From: Trichoplax adhaerens
Taxonomy: Eukaryota; Animalia; Placozoa
Assembly: GCF_000150275.1 (NCBI RefSeq)
Contig: NW_002060951.1
Span: 1,622,297-1,686,296 of the forward strand
DNA: 64,000 nucleotides
Direction: 5' to 3'
A program made the position numbers and the translations under genes. Positions 56,278-64,000 of this stretch are shown one piece after another. A model generated the notes under the pieces. It was not told the DNA's origin and did no database searches. It saw nothing but the letters and a program-made list of their open reading frames with translations. Each line of letters starts with the position of its first letter. The first letter of the stretch is position 1.

Positions 56278-58460
56278 TCGTATTATAGTTTAGATTTATA
56301 TCTCTCTTAAATTCTAAACTATTTCAATAACTTAATTTAAAGTTAGTCTTACATAAGAACAAGCATGTTCTCCATATTAGCAATTAGAGTATATATTAAT
56401 TACAACGATCCTTATAGCATCTACTACAAGGGTTTATATTTGAGTGATTTAGCCTTTGCTATAGACGTAACACGAGTCTATTCAGGGTGCCTATAATCTT
56501 CAATCAATTGAAATCTTGATCAAATTGCACTTTAATTGTCGATGCGATAGCAAGTCTGCTCTATCACTGCTACAACATCGAGTACTTAAAACGTAGCAGT
56601 AATCATCAGTTTGAAGCTCCACCTCTTTTTCAGACCGCCTGCTACAATCATGTGACCCATCAGTTATTATAATTTCTGCTGTAGATAATAGATCTTTTTT
56701 TCCTATGGTATACAACTACTTATTAATATCATATTACTCTATATTGAATTGGCTAGTAGTCTATAATTTTCTTCATTACGTACCATATGTACAGATCCAA
56801 AGCAGTAACTATTATATACTGATGAATTGATATATCACAATCTGTCGGTGCAATTCTGTATTGGGTATAATGATCGATTATCTCACTAAGAGGCGTGTTG
56901 ATCTATGGTTATAAATAGCGTAATTTGATGCAAAACTGGTAAAATATGCTATGTACTGTTAATATTATTCTATACAGAGTTTTAGTTCATAGCCAATTAC
57001 CGTATTGTTTGACAAAATGTTAATATAAGCGTAGATCTAAAATTGTAATGCAATATAATAATAAAAATAATATGAAACGCTCAAGTTCATAGTCAATTAT
57101 ATATATAATTATCATGCTCATCTCTTGGTAAGTCGATACAAGTATTTACGTACACCTAAAATTGTAACTATTGCAGTTGTTATAAAAGCGATTGTGTATG
57201 CTACTGATCTCAGCTCGTTGATATTTACGATCTTGAGCATTAATATTCGTGATTAAGTAATTATTGTTATTATCGTTCATTACTATAATATCTCGTTCTA
57301 CAATTATAACCTTCACCAATTGATATTTATAGCTCTATAGTTATAACTGATTTAAATAATATAACCTTGATTGTACATATAATGCCCTGTAAATACCATT
57401 CCAAATTATGTGTCAGCTTCAGAAGAATCCGTCATCTCTTAACCTTGAAGTACCTTGTATTAGATCTAAGGTATAGCTAACGTAAGATGATGAAATGTAT
57501 TAGGTGAGAGTTGCCTCTGTTCGTAATAGATTAGATCTAGTATTCAAGCTGTCGTTCTGCACCCGCGTCTGTTTTTACAGTATTTACTACGCAGTAACTA
57601 TAAAAGTAGCAAGGATAACCATACAGCTAGCAATAAAAAGTACCAATAGCTACTCTGTTGAAATCATGCTGTAAATTTATGGTTTCCAGAACTAGATTAA
57701 CAACTCGCTGATACAGCTTTATTACCAAACTTAAACCTTAGCTATTAAATGCGTGAAAATACTAATGATCATGTTTACATATTATCTGCACATGCCCGTT
57801 TTAACTTCGTCATTTAGCTCTGATTAGTAAGGTAAAGAAGACTTAAATTATATTTTAATGTTTTCTGTTCTAGTGCTAACTACTTAATTTGATCTCTCTT
57901 AATTGCATGCTATGTAAGTATGTAATGCATTGTTTTCATTCTTTCAACTAGTGTTGAAGGTTACATTACAAACACATTCACAGATTCTGGTATTCTTCAT
58001 TAATTATTTATTATGCTGATTTAATTACGCACAGTGCATTGACAGCATAGTGCTAAACTATATTACAGAACATTTCTACGATAATTTACAATCTACCATA
58101 ATTAAGTTACAATCACAATGATTCGAACTGTAAGTAGATGATTTGCATTCCCTATTATAACTATTAATTTCAGTATGTGTATATGTTTCACTGTCATAAA
58201 AAGTCAGTGCTATGTTAAAACACAGTATGTATATCCAAATTAGAAGTTAACTAAATAAGGATAGGCTAACAGAATTATCCTGACATAGATATTTCTACTC
58301 TAATACAGTATATAACACTGTCATATACATAAAATAGTAAAATAATTTATACTTCATGCCCCTTGAACGATGATTGAGGGTGGTACTTAGTTTAATCGAC
58401 ACATTAAATCATGAACTGATCTATTAATAAATAAGTGCCTTAACCTATTCATCGTCCAAA

Positions 58461-61400
58461 TCATGCAAGTAACGGTTTTGATTCATTATCATCGTTATTA
58501 TCATTCCCGGTAGGTTTATTTGATTCTTTATCTTCCGGTAAGGCCCTATCAAATATAGTAGATAATAAGTAAAGACTAGACAGAACGTTAACATGACCTT
58601 ATTCTGTTACTTAATAGCTTGATGAAATTATAACCTGTTAATATTGAAGAAGCCAGTACCTTCCCATAGAGTTAAAATAATTACTGCAACCGTCTAAAGT
58701 GAATAATCACAATTATAATGTTATAACTAATCTGTTATGAATAAATAAATGTACGTATAACAATCTATCAAACTGTTATCCCACAATACAGTTGTGAATT
58801 ATCTATAAACCAACAATGGCAATGCAAGATAGGTAATTTTAAACCGAGTATTAGAATTGTAAATTATTAGCCATGTTTCACATGACGTACTATAGAGTAG
58901 CTTACTAAATTTATCATAAGGCATGTTTAATAGCCTATAACCATGGACTACAGATGAAGATTTTGTGTTAAAAGTACAGATGACCATATACGGTACCTTA
59001 GTCACAACTGATGCTGATAGAAATAAAAATGTGACTCATATATTAAGTTATGGATATGATCATTACTGTAGCTAGTCGGAAAATGATATCTGCATAAAAA
59101 CCGTAGCTGTTGCCATAACAAATTGTAAGTGATCACGGTAGCATACGCATATTAATAATAACCTGAACACTTATATACCGCAAGATAGGGTAGAACGCTA
59201 ATTACTGTAGCCGCAGACACTACGAAGAGTATGTAAGCAAGCAATTTTTAGATGTTTTAGTAGTTCTTCTTAAAATCTTTCTACTAGTTACTAACGTTAA
59301 GCTAAAGTAGAGCGTAGTATATCTCTATATAAAAATCAATTAAAATTCTAATTTTCTACAAATTTTAGAATTTTGTGATCGGTTATATCACAGTAATATT
59401 TTCATAACTTCTTACTGACATATACTTTTACCTGAGCTAAAAAGATGAATCCAAGGATCTAAAATAACATTAAGTATAAGGCATTACAAAAATCACCTCA
59501 ATAATTTCAAGATTTGTTATCCACACATCAATTAGGTAGAGAAATTTTAAATTCGTAATTATTGTGATGCTCGCTGCTTATCATTCTATTTTGCTTTACA
59601 ATATTTGTATGATGACAAATATCTAGTTTTGTAACGCTTTGTTATCTAAAATTTAAAATTATGACTTTATCATATCATAAGTTAATTTTAAAACTCTTAC
59701 AGCTGCAACCCAATCAAAGTCTACTCCGGCATTGGCCACAAAGACACCTCCAACAAGAGGGCCAAGTATTTGCCTGCATATAGCAATAATTTTGCACACT
59801 TTACATCTTCAAATAACAATTCTTGATCTTTATTTTGCCATATCAAAGTATTATTACGTAAAGGATGGCTTACCCTAATCCCAGAAATCCATTAAATATT
59901 CCTGACGTGACAGAATATGTAGCCAACTGTCCCTTGTCTTGGCAATAGCGACTATGATACCGGCAATTTTATATTAGTATAATCTCTGATAGTGTACCGT
60001 GATGAGTTTGCTACAATACTTATTAAATGTCTTTATCCTAACCTGTTTGATACTGCTTCCAATATATCTGGAAAAGATGGAATAGCCGCTAATGAGAACG
60101 CTGCACCAAGACCTATACTTGCCAGAACAGATTGTGCTACGGTCCTAAATTAGCAAACAATGAGATATATAAGTATATCCTAACTGCCTTAAGGTAAATC
60201 ATATTGTAAAATCTCGCAAATAAACATTACATCTTACATACAATGGTAAATGTAAATATGGTGCTGGTCCTAAGAATTGTAGGGATATAGCCGCTCCCAA
60301 ATAGCCAATTATCGTTAACATTCGATACCCCTTTCAAAAATAATATTCGAGGAATATAATTTTTACAGTAACACAGTACATTAATACTTCTATATTCTTG
60401 CGATTTAGAACTCGGTAAAATATGGTAAGTATATTGCATACAGAGCCCATCTATGTACAAGATTATAATATTCCGCGAATGTGGATGATATATGAGAGCA
60501 CTTTATATTAAAATATCTAAAATTTACTATTCTATCACAAATATATCCGGCAAGAGGAGAAAATACTCCATAGGCACCAGCAAGTGACAGAAAAACCAAA
60601 CCAATGTCGGTTTTCGATAGATGGAGCTATTTTAGAATATTAAGAATCGAGCAAACTTTAGTTGGTAAGTCGCAAATACGATTATAAGAAAATTTAAAAA
60701 TGCACTATAATACCGGTTTTAAATGCAGCGTGAAGGTAGGATCAGTAAATGTGATGGATGTGAGTAGTAAAGCTAATCCAAAACCTGTTATGAAGGATAA
60801 AACAATAGTAGTATTTTTTTAGAGAAAATACCACACTAATATTTCTATAGATTGTAATAAAAAAGTAATAGCATAGACTTCAATTTTCACATGGCTGTAT
60901 GCTGTATAAATAACATCTTTTATTATACACACTTGCGTTTACGTGATCACACCTTTGTCTACAATATCGAATCTAGTGCTTATAATTACCTAATAGAATT
61001 CATTATAATTAAGCAACTATTAAAGCTTAAGATACGTAGTATTGCTTACATATTATTATAACACGAGGAATACGCATTACATCCAACATTAGCTTTCCTG
61101 GAGATGATTTACTATCAGCTAGGATAAAACCGATTGATTATACGCTTATATATGTACAAGATACCAACATAAATCTTAATAATTAAACTGCTATAACAGT
61201 TACAATTTTAGTTAAGCTACATAAAGAAATAACTTATCGAAAAAACGAAACTTACAAGGTATCGCAGGCAACATGTACGCAACAATACAGCTAGCGGCTA
61301 ACAGTATCGACGATAAAACTATAAAAGGCAATTTAAAACCTCCCGCCTACAATAATTTTAACGCGATAATATAGTTATGAAATATGTAGAAATAGTTAAA

Positions 61401-63375
61401 TATTTCAAGCATTGTATCTCATGCTTTTCAAAATGTATTAGCGTTCATAATAGATAGTTGCGTGCTACTACTTTACCGAATATAGTATACCCCCAACAGG
61501 TGGGCCAACCATAAACCCTATACTGGTAAAAATCTCTAAAACACCCTACATTAAGATTTAAAAAAGCGCTATCATATTATTTGATTTTTCATGAATTTGG
61601 GAAAGCATTGAGACCAGTGCGGCAGTCAATTCAAAATGTATCATTACTAGATATTGCTACTAAAAAGTATCAGAGTCTTGACCTCACCAATACTGTAGCT
61701 ACGGAATCTTGACATATGACGGTGATATACGAAGCTGCAGCCGTTTGATACATAGCTGAGCCGAGTCCCTGTGTTCCTCTTAAAATTATACCAAATAGCA
61801 GAAACGATGTTCTATCGTATATATTTGCCAAAAATCTACAATATTAAGCAAAATAGTCGATTGATTTGAATCTATCAATGGCTGGGCAGATTAATTATGG
61901 TTCTCAAGGTAAATATGAAATTTACGATATTTGAACATCGAATTTTTAGATCGACAATGATAAACTTACCCTAAAAGGATGCTGCTACCGGCTTCTATGG
62001 TTAACCCAGCCCACAAGACATATCTAACTCCAACACGAGGTAACTACAAATTGATAAATCAGTACCCTTTTATTAGCTATTCAATTGGTGCGTCCGTGAT
62101 ACCTTGAATTAGTATTGAGGCTGTTTATTGAGGTTAGCTCTATTTCATATCAATGTGAAGTAAACTTCATTCTGATTGAAATGCTACTGAACAGTTAGTA
62201 GTTATAACTTGAATAAACTCCTTTTGTCTAATTTGGTAGTACCTTTACGTACGTTTAGAATGTTCCCGAATTGTCTAAGCAAGGTACTTAACACTACGGT
62301 ATGATAACAGTACAGTACATTTACACAAAATAATCACGAGATGGACATTCTACTAGTCTATGCAATCCATTACTTACCAAAATGCCAACAATAGGTGAGA
62401 AGATGGCTTTCACAATAGAATACACCACGAATATTATCCCAAGTTGAACATGTGTTATTTGTCTTTTTTCAGCCTATTCCAAGATAGGATAATAATTATA
62501 ATTGATTAATGAATGATAGGTTAATCCTAAACCTACATTGCATGGAGTATTGCATTTTAATCACATCGTAAACATTACAATGTACCTAGACGTTCAATAC
62601 CTAGCGATATCAAATCAAAATAATAACGGAATGGAAAATATCGTATACGACTATACGCGTATAGCTTAATGTTTGGTACAGAATTTTAAAAAGGAATTAA
62701 TTCATTCAGTTTGCATTGACACATATGTACTGTACGTGTCTAGATCAGTGCATTGGCAAAAAAAACTGTCAGCTAGTCAAATTACTGGCATACAGGGTAT
62801 TTACTTAGTAAATCGGATTCAAGCGAGAAAATGGAAGAGGTTAAAATAACTCTATGCAATCTTTCTACTATATGCATTCATATAGCTTTGTATTCGTATC
62901 CATCCAGAATCGGTGTCTAGGTGAGAAACTGTCATATCGTTCGTTAATTACTGTACTGTACTGTACATGTTCACGTAGGAAATGGAATGAACACAAAGGA
63001 ATGGAACGCAGAATTAATTAATTTATACACTAGTACGCAAAATTGTAGAAATAATACAGTACGATAAATATAGTAGATCGCATTGCATAAAGAAGCCTCC
63101 TGTAACGCATGAAAATGGAAGTGATATCACTACTAGCCACTCAATGCCAAGACTGGCATTGTATCAAAAGAGTTTAAATAAATCATAAATAAAAGCAGAT
63201 CGATACTACAGCATATGTAATTAATTATCCATGGCATTACCACAATAGGGAAAAATGGAGCTATAATGGCGTAAGCACACGCAGATACAACATACAAGCA
63301 GCTAAAAATGACGATGATTGTTAGTCTAAAACGACGGGTGATATCAGGTAATTGAACTTCAGAAGAATCAGCCAT
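58461..63375 (-). CDS. SLC18B1: SLC18B1-like MFS vesicular transporter, copy 8 (16 exons, intact)
   Basis: MADSSEVQLPD...YAIIAPFFPIV, RGTQGLGSA, GFMVGPPVGGIL, GGFKLPF, FTDPTFTLHLKP, CDRIGYR, ending DNESKPLLA* (stop 58461-58463). Confidence 0.9.
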
Positions 63376-63558
63376 CAATCTCGCTTACGATGAACCCAGC
63401 GTTGATATCTGTCCAATTATCTAACTTTATCTATAACATACAACATGTATATCTATCTACAGTATGATAGTTTTATTCGACCGAAGAGAGTTGTTAGTTT
63501 CGTCTGAATCCAGAAATAGATGGATTAATATGATTAGGTAATACTAGACCTGACCGTA

Positions 63559-63660
63559 ATACTGTACAGTACAGTATAGTAGAAGAAAAGTTGTAGTCAG
63601 CAAATTTTCATCAAACTGCGTACAGTACAGTACAGTAATCGTACTGTACGGTACGATACA
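63559..63660. repeat. (CAGTA)n pentamer tract in the divergent copy 8 / SDR promoter region
   Basis: TACTGTACAGTACAGTA and GTACAGTACAGTACAGTAATCGTACTGTACGGTACG. Confidence 0.7.
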
Positions 63661-63786
63661 GAGTACCACAGCAAATTCCTCCCGACAACAACTTTTTGCA
63701 GAGCTAGTGTGCAGAGGCACTAAGCTGGGAGTGACCAGAATCATTATATAATTTGAGACAATTTCACTTCAAGTGACTAACTAAAC

Positions 63787-64000
63787 ATGGCTGAAGGCAA
63801 AAATGCAGTGATCACTGGGTCAACAAGTGGCATTGGTCTTGATATTGCTCGTACGTTAGCAAAAAATGGAGCTAATATCGTTATTAATGGCTTTGGTGAA
63901 AAGCAAGTCATCGACAAAATTGTCGAAGAGCTGCAAGGTTATGGTGTTCAGGCCGCCCATCACCCTGCGAATATGTTGCGATCGAATGAAATTAAAGAGA
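63787..64000 (+). CDS. Short-chain dehydrogenase/reductase, D-3-hydroxybutyrate dehydrogenase-like (bacterial BdhA type), 5' partial
   Basis: MAEGKNAVITGSTSGIGLDIARTLAKNGANIVINGFGEKQVIDKIVEELQGYGVQAAHHPANMLRSNEIKE. It has the classical SDR TGxxxGIG Rossmann motif; TGSTSGIG plus NGFG are typical of bacterial HBDH. The frame is open to the window edge. Confidence 0.8.
   Translation, partial: MAEGKNAVITGSTSGIGLDIARTLAKNGANIVINGFGEKQVIDKIVEELQGYGVQAAHHPANMLRSNEIKE

Noticed and set aside
1-64000. CRISPR arrays, rRNA, tRNA, prokaryotic operons
   Set aside because: None seen: no repeat-spacer periodicity or cloverleaf/rRNA signatures, and the sequence is spliced eukaryotic DNA.

Overview
AT-rich, intron-dense eukaryotic (animal) genomic DNA. 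The compact genes, short introns and base composition suggest an early-branching metazoan such as a placozoan (Trichoplax-like); this is inference only. Most of the window is a tandem array of eight diverged, minus-strand SLC18B1-like (vesicular polyamine/amine transporter family, MFS) genes that share a 16-exon layout. Six copies splice by hand into intact ORFs. Two are pseudogenes: copy 1 has a deletion, two frameshifts and a nonsense codon, and copy 5 has an exon 4-to-exon 9 deletion. A single plus-strand NF-YB gene splits the array 4+4; it has a clear U12-type (minor spliceosome) intron and a CCAAT-box cluster upstream. The 5' end of a bacterial-type 3-hydroxybutyrate-dehydrogenase-like SDR gene lies head-to-head with copy 8 at the right edge. 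Spacers hold several MITE-like inverted repeats, (CAGTA/TACTG)n pentamer tracts near gene starts, a possible THAP-domain relic and weak exon-like remnants. Most ORFs in the supplied track are single exons running into introns, or chance ORFs.
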